The position numbers and the translations under genes were made by a program. Shown piece by piece: positions 18,176 to 28,167 of a stretch of DNA of 64,000 nucleotides. The DNA is taken from the NCBI GenBank assembly GCA_049599475.1, contig JBMYOQ010000005.1, forward strand, positions 64,001 to 128,000. The letters run 5' to 3'. The number at the start of each line of letters is the position of its first letter. Positions within the stretch are counted from its first letter, which is position 1. Source of the stretch: Opitutales bacterium. Its GTDB lineage: Bacteria > Verrucomicrobiota > Verrucomicrobiia > Opitutales > JABSRG01. The notes below the pieces were generated by a model that made no database searches, was not told where the DNA came from, and saw only the letters and a program-made list of their open reading frames with translations.

Positions 18176-19237
18176 ATGATCGAAGCACCTGAAACGCCGA
18201 GCTTTACGGACGCAGAATTGGATGCAGAGGCTGATCGTATTTTCAAACGCCTCTACACCGTCGAATGCAGTACGGACGTTTCGTGGTCGTATGAGAAGTG
18301 CCGCGAGCTTGCTCCGGTGACTCTCGAGATCGAGCACTGGAAGCGCGAGCGCAATGCGATCGTGTTGGCCCATTCCTATGTGAATCCGGAGATTATCTAC
18401 GGAGTTGGGGATCATGTCGGCGATTCATACAAGCTCTCTGTCGACGCGGCTGAAAACAAGAAGCCGATGATCGTCTTCAGCGGTGTGGTTTTCATGGCAG
18501 AGACTGCGAAAATCCTCTCTCCGGATGCCCGCGTCTTAGTGCCAGATATGGGTTCTGGCTGTTCCTTGGCTGATTCTTTGACAGGCGAGCAACTTCGTGA
18601 GATGAAGGCTGGAATTGAGGGCGATTTTGCAACTGTCTGCTATGTGAATTGCAACGCAGATGTGAAGGCCGAGTGCGATGTCTGCGTGACTTCTACCAAC
18701 GTATACAAAATTATCGCGGCCCTCCCGCAGAAGCGCATTCTCTTCGTGCCCGACCGTTTGATGGCGGAAAACATCCGTGTCGAGATGCGGAAATTGGGGA
18801 TCGATAAAGAGATTCTGACATCTGATGGCACATGCATGGTGCATGACCAATTTACTCCAGATCTGATCGCTGATGCGCGTAGCCGCTACCCTGGCTTGGC
18901 AGTGGTATCTCACCCAGAGTGCACACGTGAAATCACAGAGCGTAGCGACTTTGTCGGCAGCACGTCTGCGATGATGAAATACGTGAAGGAGAGTGATGCG
19001 CCTTACTACATGATGCTTACCGAGTGTGGGTTGGTGAGTCGCTTAGAGGTGGAAAATCCCGAGAAGCGCTTTATTGGCTCCTGCAAGATGTGCCCTTACA
19101 TGAAGCTCAATACTTTGGAGAAGATTCGCGATGCTCTGAAATTTGTAGATCCAGCTCTCGAGGTCACCTTGGATGAAGATATTCGCCTGAAAGCCGAAGC
19201 TTCCCTGAGGAAAATGATCGAGATGACCCAGGCCTAA
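18176..19237 (+). CDS. nadA: Quinolinate synthase
   Basis: VLAHSY, GDSYKL, GVVFMAE, GCSLAD, CMVH, HPEC and CPYMK (Fe-S cysteines). Confidence 0.96.
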   Translation: MIEAPETPSFTDAELDAEADRIFKRLYTVECSTDVSWSYEKCRELAPVTLEIEHWKRERNAIVLAHSYVNPEIIYGVGDHVGDSYKLSVDAAENKKPMIVFSGVVFMAETAKILSPDARVLVPDMGSGCSLADSLTGEQLREMKAGIEGDFATVCYVNCNADVKAECDVCVTSTNVYKIIAALPQKRILFVPDRLMAENIRVEMRKLGIDKEILTSDGTCMVHDQFTPDLIADARSRYPGLAVVSHPECTREITERSDFVGSTSAMMKYVKESDAPYYMMLTECGLVSRLEVENPEKRFIGSCKMCPYMKLNTLEKIRDALKFVDPALEVTLDEDIRLKAEASLRKMIEMTQA

Positions 19238-19264
19238 GGCCATAAATTTCTACCCAAGAGAGTC

Positions 19265-20089
19265 ATGTTTGACGACCCACTTATTGATCTAGCGCTCCGC
19301 GAGGATGCCGGGCTAGGAGATTTGACCAGCGAAGCGATTTTTAGCAAATCCGACACCGCATCTGGCCGAATCGTGGCCAAGGAGCCCCTGGTTCTCGCCG
19401 GTATGGAAATTGGCGCAAAGGTGTTCGAACGCTGTTCGAAGGACATTGTATTTGAGCCCTTGGCGGAGGATGGCGACAAGATCATCCCGGGCGAAACGGT
19501 GCTGCGATTCTCGGGGCCCACGATCCCGCTGCTCATCGCAGAGCGTACGGTCCTGAACTTCATGCAAAACTTGTCTGGCATCGCGACGGTTTGTCGGCGC
19601 TACGCAGATGTTGCGACACCCTATGGTGTGAAAGTCGTTGATACGCGCAAAACGCTCCCAGGATTCCGTTCCTTGGCTAAGTATGCAGTGCGTTGTGGCG
19701 GTTGCTTTAATCACCGTTCAGGTCTGGGAGACCATGTGTTGATTAAGGAAAACCATATAGCGGCTGCGGGGTCGCTCGAGGCAGCTATTGAACGCTGCCA
19801 GGCGCGTGCTCCACATCTCTGCAAAATCGAAGTAGAGGTCGTCGATATCGAAATGGCCGGTAAGGCGATCGCGGCGGGTGCAGATGTATTGCTTCTCGAT
19901 AATATGAGCGTAGAAGAGATTGGCGACTACGTGAAGCGCTACAAATACCAGGCGGTGCTCGAAGTCTCAGGAGGCGTCACCATGGACACTTTGGAAAGCT
20001 ACTGTCAGACGGGTGTCGATGTGATCAGTGTCGGTGCTTTAACCCACTCTGTGAAGGCTGCCGACCTGAGTATGCTCTTCGATGTATGA
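19265..20089 (+). CDS. nadC: Nicotinate-nucleotide diphosphorylase
   Basis: ALREDAGLGDLT, ERTVLNF, DTRKTLPG, IKENH, LLDNM and SVGALTHS. Confidence 0.97.
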   Translation: MFDDPLIDLALREDAGLGDLTSEAIFSKSDTASGRIVAKEPLVLAGMEIGAKVFERCSKDIVFEPLAEDGDKIIPGETVLRFSGPTIPLLIAERTVLNFMQNLSGIATVCRRYADVATPYGVKVVDTRKTLPGFRSLAKYAVRCGGCFNHRSGLGDHVLIKENHIAAAGSLEAAIERCQARAPHLCKIEVEVVDIEMAGKAIAAGADVLLLDNMSVEEIGDYVKRYKYQAVLEVSGGVTMDTLESYCQTGVDVISVGALTHSVKAADLSMLFDV

Positions 20090-21684
20090 AGGTCCTAGAT
20101 ACAGATTGTCTCGTGCTGGGCGCGGGACTCGCGGGCGCGGCGTATGCATATCATGTCGGTAAGCAGGGGCATGACGTAGTCTTACTCTCGGCGGATAAGC
20201 CCAAAAAAAGTGCAAACTCAAATTGGGCTCAGGGCGGCATTATTTATCATGATAAAGATGATATGGATCGCCTGCGTAAGGATATTTTGGATGCGAATGG
20301 AGGTACCTCGAATCCGGATGCGGTCGACGCTCTGGTGCAGCATGGCGCTCAGTCGTTGAAGACCTTGTTGCTGGACGAATTAAATATTGATTTCGACCGG
20401 GAGGAGTCTACTGGAGACCTCAAGTTTACTCGGGAAGGTGGACACTCCGAAGCCCGTATTATCTTCGCTAAGGATACCACCGGGAAAAGCATGTTGGACG
20501 GGGTGCACAAAGCGCTGGACGGCCTCGACAGTGTGTCGCGTATCGAGAATTCTGTAGCAATCGATCTGCTCACGCTCTCACATAGCTCGACCGCTTACCA
20601 CGACCGTTTCAAACCGCCGACGGTCTTCGGAGCTTACATCCTGGATACGCAGACACGCGAAGTCTCTGCAATTCGCGCGAAGAAGACCATCCTGGCCACG
20701 GGAGGTCTCGGGCAATTGTATAACCACACGACCAATCAGCGGGGGATATATGGTCATGGCGCTGCCATGGCGTATCGCGTTGGTGCGCGGATGATGGATA
20801 TGGAGTATATTCAATTCCATCCTACTGCATTCTGTAAGAAAGGGGCACCCACCTTTTTGCTTACGGAGGCCTTGCGCGGAGAAGGCGCGATTTTGATCAA
20901 TGAAGCAGGCGAGCGCTTCATGGAAGGCAAGCATCCTTTGAAAGAGTTGGCCCCGCGTGACTTTGTAGCGCGCAGCATCTATGAAGAGATGATGCAAAAT
21001 GGGGATTTCTCGGTCTATTTGGACATGACTCACTTCGATGCTGAGCACCTCAAAGCCCGTTTCCCCTTTATCTACGAAAAGTGTCTCGAGTTTGGTGTCG
21101 ATATCACTCGAGAGCCCGCACCGGTGGCTCCGGCGGCCCACTATCTGTGTGGCGGAGTCTATGCGAGCATGTCGGGGCGTACAACGATTGAAAATCTTAA
21201 CGCGATCGGGGAGTCTGCCTGCACTGGATTGCATGGTGCGAATCGACTGGCCAGCACGTCCTTGCTCGAATGCCTGACGGGTGCTCAATTGACTGCGGAT
21301 CTCGACCTGCGCGATCTGAAAAATGAACAATTCCACTTGCCCGAGGTAAAGCCATGGCAAAGCCCGAGCAAAGAAGCGGACAGTTCGCTGGTGAAACAGG
21401 ACCTCAAGCTCATCAAGAACACGATGACGAACTATGTCGGCCTGATTCGCTCGGCCGATCGCCTCGAGCGAGCGGGGCGTATTTTAAACACGCTTAAAGA
21501 AGAGGTCGACGCCTTCTACAAGGACTGCCGCCTGGATGAGAGTCTCCTCAATCTGCGCAATGCTGTTTTATCGGCCTTGCTGGTGGTGCATGCTGCAAAG
21601 CTCAACCGCCAGTCTCGAGGCTGTCACTACCGCGCTGACGCCGTGACAAAAGAAGTCCAAGGGATCGTCGAATATCGGATATAG
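20086..21684 (+). CDS. nadB: L-aspartate oxidase
   Basis: GAGLAG, WAQGGI, EGGHS, QFHPT, EALRGEG, HGANRLASTSLLE and SRGCHYR. Confidence 0.96.
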   Translation: MKVLDTDCLVLGAGLAGAAYAYHVGKQGHDVVLLSADKPKKSANSNWAQGGIIYHDKDDMDRLRKDILDANGGTSNPDAVDALVQHGAQSLKTLLLDELNIDFDREESTGDLKFTREGGHSEARIIFAKDTTGKSMLDGVHKALDGLDSVSRIENSVAIDLLTLSHSSTAYHDRFKPPTVFGAYILDTQTREVSAIRAKKTILATGGLGQLYNHTTNQRGIYGHGAAMAYRVGARMMDMEYIQFHPTAFCKKGAPTFLLTEALRGEGAILINEAGERFMEGKHPLKELAPRDFVARSIYEEMMQNGDFSVYLDMTHFDAEHLKARFPFIYEKCLEFGVDITREPAPVAPAAHYLCGGVYASMSGRTTIENLNAIGESACTGLHGANRLASTSLLECLTGAQLTADLDLRDLKNEQFHLPEVKPWQSPSKEADSSLVKQDLKLIKNTMTNYVGLIRSADRLERAGRILNTLKEEVDAFYKDCRLDESLLNLRNAVLSALLVVHAAKLNRQSRGCHYRADAVTKEVQGIVEYRI

Positions 21685-21749
21685 CTTTTGGCGAGCTTAG
21701 GCTTTCCGGCCTTTACATGCGAACGGGCTCGGATACGGTCTAGGTATCC

Positions 21750-22238
21750 ATGTCGCAGCATCGTAACATTGTCCTTTTTATCTGCACCGGCAACACATGT
21801 CGGAGTCCGATGGCTGAGCGACTTTTGGCGCATGCTCTCAAGGCGGAGGATGCTCCATTGAATGAGCTGGAAGTGCGGTCGGCTGGAGTCGCTGCTTACG
21901 GAGGCGATCCGGCTTCTGAGAATTCGGTGGTTGCGCTGAAGAAGGTGGGTATCGCATTGGATGATCACCAAAGCAGCGCATTGACGCATCAGCTGCTGGA
22001 TCAGGCCTTGGTGGTTTTCTGCATGACGGACTCCCATCAATTTGCGATTTCTCAAGCGCTTGACGGTGTCCCGGATGCGCCTAAGGTTTTCCTCATGCGC
22101 GAGCTGATGGGGGCAGGAGTCGATGTCCAAATTCCGGACCCCTTTGGTGGGCCGCTTCCCGCCTACGAAGCATCGCGCGATAGTATGGTCGAGGCGATCC
22201 CGTCCATTATTCAATTTCTCAAAAACGAGCTTTCCTAA
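21750..22238 (+). CDS. Low-molecular-weight protein phosphatase (YwlE-like arginine phosphatase)
   Basis: CTGNTCRSPMAE P-loop and DPFGG. Confidence 0.9.
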   Translation: MSQHRNIVLFICTGNTCRSPMAERLLAHALKAEDAPLNELEVRSAGVAAYGGDPASENSVVALKKVGIALDDHQSSALTHQLLDQALVVFCMTDSHQFAISQALDGVPDAPKVFLMRELMGAGVDVQIPDPFGGPLPAYEASRDSMVEAIPSIIQFLKNELS

Positions 22239-22265
22239 ACATCCTACTTTTAAACCCAGAACAAC

Positions 22266-23537
22266 ATGCTAACCACAAATCCAAACCTCTTGTCTACACC
22301 GCTAGCCGAACTCGATCCTGCGATCTACGATTTGATCCAGTCTGAGAAGGGCCGCCAGCAGAGCCACATCGAGTTGATTGCATCGGAAAATTTCACCTTG
22401 CCCGCAGTAATGGAAGCGCAGGGCAGTGTGTTGACGAACAAGTATGCCGAAGGCTACCCAGGCAAGCGCTACTATGGAGGTTGCGAGTTTGTGGATGAAG
22501 TGGAGACGCTTGCTATCGAGCGGGCGAAGGCTCTCTTCGGAGCAGGATGGGCCAATGTGCAGCCGCACTCTGGTAGTCAGGCGAATGCCGCGGTATATTT
22601 CGCTACGATTAAGCCAGGGGACAAAATCCTCACTATGCGTCTCGAGGACGGCGGTCATCTGACGCATGGTCACCCAATGAATTTCTCCGGTAATTTCTAC
22701 GAAGTGGTGCACTACGGCGTGGATCCGGAGACCGGCCTTATCAACTACGACGAGATCGAAGAGATGGCTGAAAAAGAGCAGCCTAAGATGATCACGGTGG
22801 GTGCGTCTGCCTACTCACGTGTTATCGACTTCGAGCGCATGGGTAAGATCGCTCGCAAGGTGGGTGCTTATCTTCTCGCAGATATTGCCCACATCGCAGG
22901 TCTGGTTGCTGCAGGCGAGCATCCATCACCAGTCGGCCACGCAGATTTCGTGACTACCACGACCCACAAGACCCTCCGCGGACCGCGTGGTGGTTTGATC
23001 CTTGGAACTGACGAAGAGCTCGGTAAGAAGGTGAACACCTCTGCTTTCCCAGGGATTCAAGGCGGACCGCTGATGCACGTTATCGCTGCAAAGGCGACTT
23101 GTTTCCAAGAGTGTGCGAAGCCCGAATTCAAGGCTTACCAGGCTCAAGTGAAGCGCAACGCAGCGGCCTTGGCAGGGCGTTTGGTGGAAAAGGGATACGG
23201 TGTCGTCTCTGGCGGGACTGAAAATCACCTCTGCCTCATTGATTTGCGCAAAAATCTTCCAGACCTCACCGGTAGTCTCGCTCAGAAGACCTTGGACAAG
23301 GCGCATATCACGCTGAACAAGAACACCGTCCCGGGTGAAGATCGTAGCCCATTCAAGACCAGCGGTATTCGCATTGGAACGCCTGCAGTGACCTCGCGCG
23401 GGATGGGAGAGGCTGAAATGGTCGAGATCGCCGACGCCATCGATTTAGTGTTACGCGATCCGAAAAATGAATCTGTTATTGAGAATGCCAAATCAGTAGC
23501 TACCCGCTTGGCAACAGCCTTTCCGCTGCCGTATTAG
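22266..23537 (+). CDS. glyA: Serine hydroxymethyltransferase
   Basis: [28 protein letters not shown] and [14 protein letters not shown]. Confidence 0.98.
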   Translation: MLTTNPNLLSTPLAELDPAIYDLIQSEKGRQQSHIELIASENFTLPAVMEAQGSVLTNKYAEGYPGKRYYGGCEFVDEVETLAIERAKALFGAGWANVQPHSGSQANAAVYFATIKPGDKILTMRLEDGGHLTHGHPMNFSGNFYEVVHYGVDPETGLINYDEIEEMAEKEQPKMITVGASAYSRVIDFERMGKIARKVGAYLLADIAHIAGLVAAGEHPSPVGHADFVTTTTHKTLRGPRGGLILGTDEELGKKVNTSAFPGIQGGPLMHVIAAKATCFQECAKPEFKAYQAQVKRNAAALAGRLVEKGYGVVSGGTENHLCLIDLRKNLPDLTGSLAQKTLDKAHITLNKNTVPGEDRSPFKTSGIRIGTPAVTSRGMGEAEMVEIADAIDLVLRDPKNESVIENAKSVATRLATAFPLPY

Positions 23538-23553
23538 CGGTATTTTTACAATT

Positions 23554-23586
23554 AGCGCACTCTGTTCTAAAAAGAGGCGCTTTTTG
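23554..23586 (+). terminator. Probable intrinsic terminator after glyA
   Basis: agcgc(a)ctct...agaggcgct followed by a T-run. Confidence 0.5.
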
Positions 23587-23654
23587 TTAAAAAGTATTGG
23601 CTCTCCTGCCGTTATGATCTTACTCGGAGTATTCTTTAATCCCAAAACTATCCT

Positions 23655-24359
23655 ATGAAGAGAAATTCTAATCTATCCCCAAGACGCGGTTTTACCCTCG
23701 TAGAACTGCTCACTGTAATCGCCGTTATCGGCATCCTGGCTGCGATCCTCATTCCGACGATCGGTGCGGTGCAAAAGACCGCGCAACAGACACAGTCTTC
23801 AAGTAATCTTCGCCAGATCGCTACGGCTTACACATCTTATTCAAACTCAGGTGGCCGTGCGCGTAACATTTCTTCTTCCCAGGCCTCTGATATGCAGAAC
23901 TGGGCAGCAGTCCTTGCGGCGAACGTAGGCCTGAACGAGCCGGCGCTCTACATCATCAATTACGCAGATGATGTCGCAGCAGAAGAAACACTTCCTACGA
24001 TCATCGTAGACAACTCTGGCAACATTGATGGCGATTTCTCTGGTTTCCCAGTGAGCTACAGCGCTGTCACAGGATTGAGCTTAAGCTCGCCTGCTTCGAC
24101 AACTCCACTCATCTGGACTAAAGGCCTTAGTAGTTCAGGAGAGTGGCCAGCGGCAACTAGCCCATGGATTGCAAATGAGGGACATATCGCATTCCTCGAC
24201 ACACACGTAGAGTTTTTCCAGGCACAATCAGGTGAAGCTGCAGTGACTCTCGTAGGTCACCCGCGCAACGGTTCTGCTGGTCAGGAAACGAATGACATCA
24301 GTGCTGCGGTTAACGCGTCTGGCACTACAGTTATTCGCGAAGGTCCTGCTCTTCAGTAA
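23655..24359 (+). CDS. Prepilin-type N-terminal methylation domain protein (PVC H-X9-DG-like family)
   Basis: RRGFTLVELLTVIAVIGILAAILIP, SSSNLRQI and C-terminal HIAFLDTHVE. Confidence 0.9.
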   Translation: MKRNSNLSPRRGFTLVELLTVIAVIGILAAILIPTIGAVQKTAQQTQSSSNLRQIATAYTSYSNSGGRARNISSSQASDMQNWAAVLAANVGLNEPALYIINYADDVAAEETLPTIIVDNSGNIDGDFSGFPVSYSAVTGLSLSSPASTTPLIWTKGLSSSGEWPAATSPWIANEGHIAFLDTHVEFFQAQSGEAAVTLVGHPRNGSAGQETNDISAAVNASGTTVIREGPALQ

Positions 24360-24381
24360 GGCTGTTTAGCTAATTTTCCCC

Positions 24382-24411
24382 AAGCCCGGTTCATAAGAGC
24401 CGGGTTTTTTT
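24382..24411 (+). terminator. Intrinsic terminator
   Basis: aagcccggttc-ataa-gagccgggtt followed by a T-run. Confidence 0.85.
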
Positions 24412-24461
24412 GTGCCTGTAGCATTGCTTTCGTATTCAGGCTAGGTCTGATTGATAAACAT

Positions 24462-26492
24462 ATGATCAGTTTACGAGATATGCCCGAAGAGGCTGTGTCG
24501 GTGCCGGATGTGCCGGGATTGGTGTCTCGTATTTTTGGAGAAAGCGGATGGCTGGTCGAAAAGCATGGTTTGGAGTATCGTGCCGAGCAGGAAGAGATGG
24601 CCTTGCGGGTGGCGCATGCCTTCTGTGGGGACCATCCTATTATCTTCGAGGCCGGCACGGGGACGGGGAAGAGTCTCGCTTATTTGGTGCCAGGAATCAT
24701 CCACGCGGTCGCCTTCAAGCGGCCTTTGGTGATCTCGTCGCATACGATCGCGCTGCAGGAGCAATTGAAGCGGAAGGATTTGGTCATTTGCCGGGAGCTA
24801 TTTGAGTCGATACCGGAGCTGAATCCATTTGCCGAATTTGAGACAGCCTTGCTTGTTGGGCGCGGAAACTACCTTTGCACGACCCGTCTAGCGCGTGCGC
24901 TCGGAAATTTATCCGAAACCGTTGAGGATGCGGAGTCGAGTGAGCTGAGGCGTATCGCCGATTGGGCGCAGCATACGGAGACAGGGCTGCAGCATGAAAT
25001 TGTGCCAAGGGTGTCCCCCGAGGTATGGGACATGGTGAGCGCGGATTCCTCGATTTGCTCCCGTAAGAACTGCGACGACTCCATTTGTTTTTACCAAAAG
25101 GCGAAGAAAGAAATTGCTCGGAGTCACGTGCGAATTCTCAACCACAGCCTCTTATTCGCTCTGCTCAATGCTGGGATGTCTGCACCTGCTGATAAGCGCG
25201 GTATTCTCTTTCCGGAAGATACCTTGGTGCTCGACGAGGCGCATACGATACCATCGATTGCGACGGACCATATAGGGAATGCTGTGAGTTCCTTTGGTTT
25301 CGGTTTGGCGCTGAATCGTTTATACAATCCGCAGAAGGAAAAAGGCTTTTTAAAGAAGCATGGAAACAAGCGTGTAATAGACACGGCGGCCCACGCAATT
25401 TTGGCAGTGGATCAGTATTTTTCCGATATCCATACTGGATTGCTGGACGTGAAAAATATTGTCCGAGTGCATCAGCCTGGATGGTCGGATATGAGTGAAC
25501 TCTCACCGGTGCCCCGCCTTGTGGATGAGTTGGGAAGCCTGGAAGGGCGCATTCAGGATGAGAATGCGTTGTCTGAGTTGCGGGACCATCGCCGACGTCT
25601 CAAAAGCCTCTACGAGTCCTTAGTTGCCTGCAATGAGATGAAAGAGCCTGGGCATGTCTTTTGGGTGGAGCGCGCCGGTAAACGGCGGACAACGATACAT
25701 GTGCGCTCGGCTCCGATTGACGTGGCTCCCTATCTCAAAGAATATCTGTTCGATGCTGAGACGGGCTGTCTCATGACGAGCGCGACCTTGGCGACAGGGA
25801 GAAATCTCAATGATTTTGCGAAAAAAGTGGGAGGGCTGGATGCTGACCTCGGGCAGGTGCTGTCTCCCTTTGATTATGACAAGCAGGTGGACATTCGCGT
25901 GTCGAAGAAAGGGTTTCTTGCTCGAGTGCAAGGCCGGGGAGGTTTCCAGACAGACATTTCTGGCCTTTGCCAGGAAATTTTCAAATCGGTGTCTCTGCGT
26001 GAAGGAGGCAGTCTAGTCCTTTTCACCAACTATCGGGATATGCAGCAGTGTGCCCTCGAATCTGAGCGAGCCTTCTCCGATGCGGGTCGTGCTTTGTTTG
26101 TGCAAGGGCAGGATCTATCTCGGAGTGAGATGGTCGAGCAGTTCAAGAAATTGGGGAATGCTGTGATGTTTGGGACGGATTCCTTTTGGACGGGCATCGA
26201 TGTGCCGGGCCGAGCTTTGGAGCACGTGATCATCACGAAATTGCCCTTTGAAAACCCATCGCACCCAGTCCAAGAGGCCAAGGTAGAGTGGGTTGAAAGC
26301 CATGGTGGAAATCCATTTATGGAGATATCGATCCCGGACGCGGTCATCAAATTTCGACAAGGGATTGGACGACTCATTCGAAGCCGAACGGACAGTGGCA
26401 TCATTACGATCTTAGATAATCGCGTATTGAATAAGCCCTACGGTAAATATTTCTTAGCAGCTCTACCCAAGAAGCAGTACGCGGTGGTCTAG
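24462..26492 (+). CDS. dinG: DinG/YoaA-family ATP-dependent DNA helicase
   Basis: EAGTGTGKS, GRGNYLC with Fe-S cysteines, DEAH, SATL, FWTGIDVPG and QGIGRLIRS. Confidence 0.92.
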   Translation: MISLRDMPEEAVSVPDVPGLVSRIFGESGWLVEKHGLEYRAEQEEMALRVAHAFCGDHPIIFEAGTGTGKSLAYLVPGIIHAVAFKRPLVISSHTIALQEQLKRKDLVICRELFESIPELNPFAEFETALLVGRGNYLCTTRLARALGNLSETVEDAESSELRRIADWAQHTETGLQHEIVPRVSPEVWDMVSADSSICSRKNCDDSICFYQKAKKEIARSHVRILNHSLLFALLNAGMSAPADKRGILFPEDTLVLDEAHTIPSIATDHIGNAVSSFGFGLALNRLYNPQKEKGFLKKHGNKRVIDTAAHAILAVDQYFSDIHTGLLDVKNIVRVHQPGWSDMSELSPVPRLVDELGSLEGRIQDENALSELRDHRRRLKSLYESLVACNEMKEPGHVFWVERAGKRRTTIHVRSAPIDVAPYLKEYLFDAETGCLMTSATLATGRNLNDFAKKVGGLDADLGQVLSPFDYDKQVDIRVSKKGFLARVQGRGGFQTDISGLCQEIFKSVSLREGGSLVLFTNYRDMQQCALESERAFSDAGRALFVQGQDLSRSEMVEQFKKLGNAVMFGTDSFWTGIDVPGRALEHVIITKLPFENPSHPVQEAKVEWVESHGGNPFMEISIPDAVIKFRQGIGRLIRSRTDSGIITILDNRVLNKPYGKYFLAALPKKQYAVV

Positions 26493-26558
26493 AGTGGATC
26501 TGGGAAGGCTTACCGGAGATGGCGAAGCAATGGCGCTGCGTTTAGGCTGATGTTGTCA

Positions 26559-26643
26559 GTAGCGGCCGATCTCCGAGCGACCGAATGCTGCGTATCAGCT
26601 GGGCGAAATTGCTGTCTTCAACCGCTCGGAGATCGGTTGCTAC
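26559..26643. repeat. Inverted pair of GTAG-type REP-like palindromes (REPIN-like)
   Basis: GTAGCGGCCGATCTCCGAGCGACCG (26559-26583) and reverse-complement GTAGCAACCGATCTCCGAGCGGTTG (26619-26643), 35 nt apart, between convergent genes. Confidence 0.75.
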
Positions 26644-26803
26644 CCCATTTCTTCTCTAAGGGCAGCGCAATTGGAGGACAGCGTCCCTCCCAGAAGGCTG
26701 ACGATTACAAATTGAGCTCAATACGAAAACACTTCTGAGAAATGCTCTAGATGCCAAACACTACCCGACGTGGATATATGTCGCTCTGCTGGTAGTGGAT
26801 TGT

Positions 26804-27727
26804 TCAGGCAGTCTTCTTTTGCCGAGTCAGTTTGAATAGATAAATAAACAGGCTGATGGTCCGTGAGCACGGGTAGTAAACTAGGGCTTGGAGGCTCCTA
26901 AAAATGGCTCTTCCAATGCGGTAGCTTGTATCGCTTGGGCGGTTTCTAAAATACCATGCGCAGAATTTATATTCGAGACTGCTCGTCCAGGGGCCCGCGA
27001 AGTGTAGGATGGCGGGTTGCTGGAGTCCGTGTTTGTCGACGAATTCGCAGATGTTGGCCTTGGGGTCGAGTCTTACGGGCTTTATCGCGCGTATCGGTGT
27101 TTTCATGAACTTACCCCACGCATTGTAGGCCTCGCGTCCGGCGATTTCCAGGGCGAGTCCATAGACGGTCTCATCATTGGGCCCTCCCGAGTCGAAGTTT
27201 CGAATCTTTAATTCGACGCACCGTTCGTGGATTTGGTGGGCGGTCTCGATGACTTTCTTTGCGAAAGGGCTTCGGTCAAAATAGTAGACCCCGCCGTTAA
27301 ACTTGGCTAGTCGCTCGATCCCAAGAGTTTTGAGGGTGAAATCGAGGTCCTCGAGATAGGGGTCGGACTGGCCCAGGAATTTAAATCCAGACCAAATCGG
27401 AGAGAATCCGTGTTTCCGAATGGCCTCTAGCTGGTCTGTGAAGGGTTTCAGGCACAGGCTGTCAGCGTCGATAAACAGGGTTTCTTCGAAGGGCGAGTAG
27501 GTGTGCAGGTGGAGTTTTTGGACCACGCCACGGCCGAGGCTCTTATCCAGGGGTATGATTTCCTGGAAGTGGGGGTTGCGGTAATCAGGATTGTCTGTGA
27601 CGAGCGCGATTGGTAGCTCTGGCATGTGCTCCTTGAGGGAGATCGCTAAATTTTCGGCCTGCTTTATGAAGCGTCTCTTGCCAAATGCGATCGTGAGGAT
27701 TCCAATCCGATGCCTGTCTGATTCCAT
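26804..27727 (-). CDS. GT-A fold glycosyltransferase (GT8-like)
   Basis: SPFEETLFIDAD (DxD), FNGGV, NDE and ILHFAG. Confidence 0.75.
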   Translation of the reverse strand: MESDRHRIGILTIAFGKRRFIKQAENLAISLKEHMPELPIALVTDNPDYRNPHFQEIIPLDKSLGRGVVQKLHLHTYSPFEETLFIDADSLCLKPFTDQLEAIRKHGFSPIWSGFKFLGQSDPYLEDLDFTLKTLGIERLAKFNGGVYYFDRSPFAKKVIETAHQIHERCVELKIRNFDSGGPNDETVYGLALEIAGREAYNAWGKFMKTPIRAIKPVRLDPKANICEFVDKHGLQQPAILHFAGPWTSSLEYKFCAWYFRNRPSDTSYRIGRAIFRSLQALVYYPCSRTISLFIYLFKLTRQKKTA

Positions 27728-27932
27728 TGTGAGTTTGCTAAATGATCGCGAAACCTATGAACCAGGGAGGAGCAATGGATCGGTGGATCAAGAGCCGTTA
27801 GCCGCAGGCTGAGGGAAGGGAGGCATCGGTCAATCGATTAATTTGCGGCTATCTGAGACTTAAAAAAATCAGAATTAAAGTCTTGGCAAGTGAGGCGAAT
27901 TATGAGTTTCTCTTCGCTTTCCAATTTTTCAT

Positions 27933-28028
27933 ATGGGTAATTTAAAGAAGAAACGTCGTCTCAAGATGAACAAGCACAAGCGCCGTAAGCGGATCAAAGA
28001 GAACCGCCACAAGAAGCGCGCTTGGTAA
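27933..28028 (+). CDS. 31-aa basic protein, bS22 / AURKAIP1-COX24 (mS38-like) family; missing from the ORF track
   Basis: [42 protein letters not shown] signature; followed by its own terminator. Confidence 0.88.
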   Translation: MGNLKKKRRLKMNKHKRRKRIKENRHKKRAW

Positions 28029-28077
28029 TCATCTGTTGAAGAGACGCGCGCGCTTGCCGCGTATTTTCAATTTCCGG

Positions 28078-28110
28078 AAACGCCACCCTAATATAGGCTG
28101 GCGTTTTTGT
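28078..28110 (+). terminator. Probable terminator after the bS22-like gene
   Basis: aaacgcca-cccta-ata-tagg-c-tggcgttt followed by ttgt. Confidence 0.6.
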
Positions 28111-28167
28111 GTTTGCAGGAAAGATCCTTTCGCTGTTTGGAACGTTGTCCTGTCTAAACGGAATTCC

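Noticed and set aside
28036..28167. Basic N-terminal extension of the TPR ORF
   Set aside because: It overlaps the bS22-like terminator; ATG 28168 gives a normal signal-like start.
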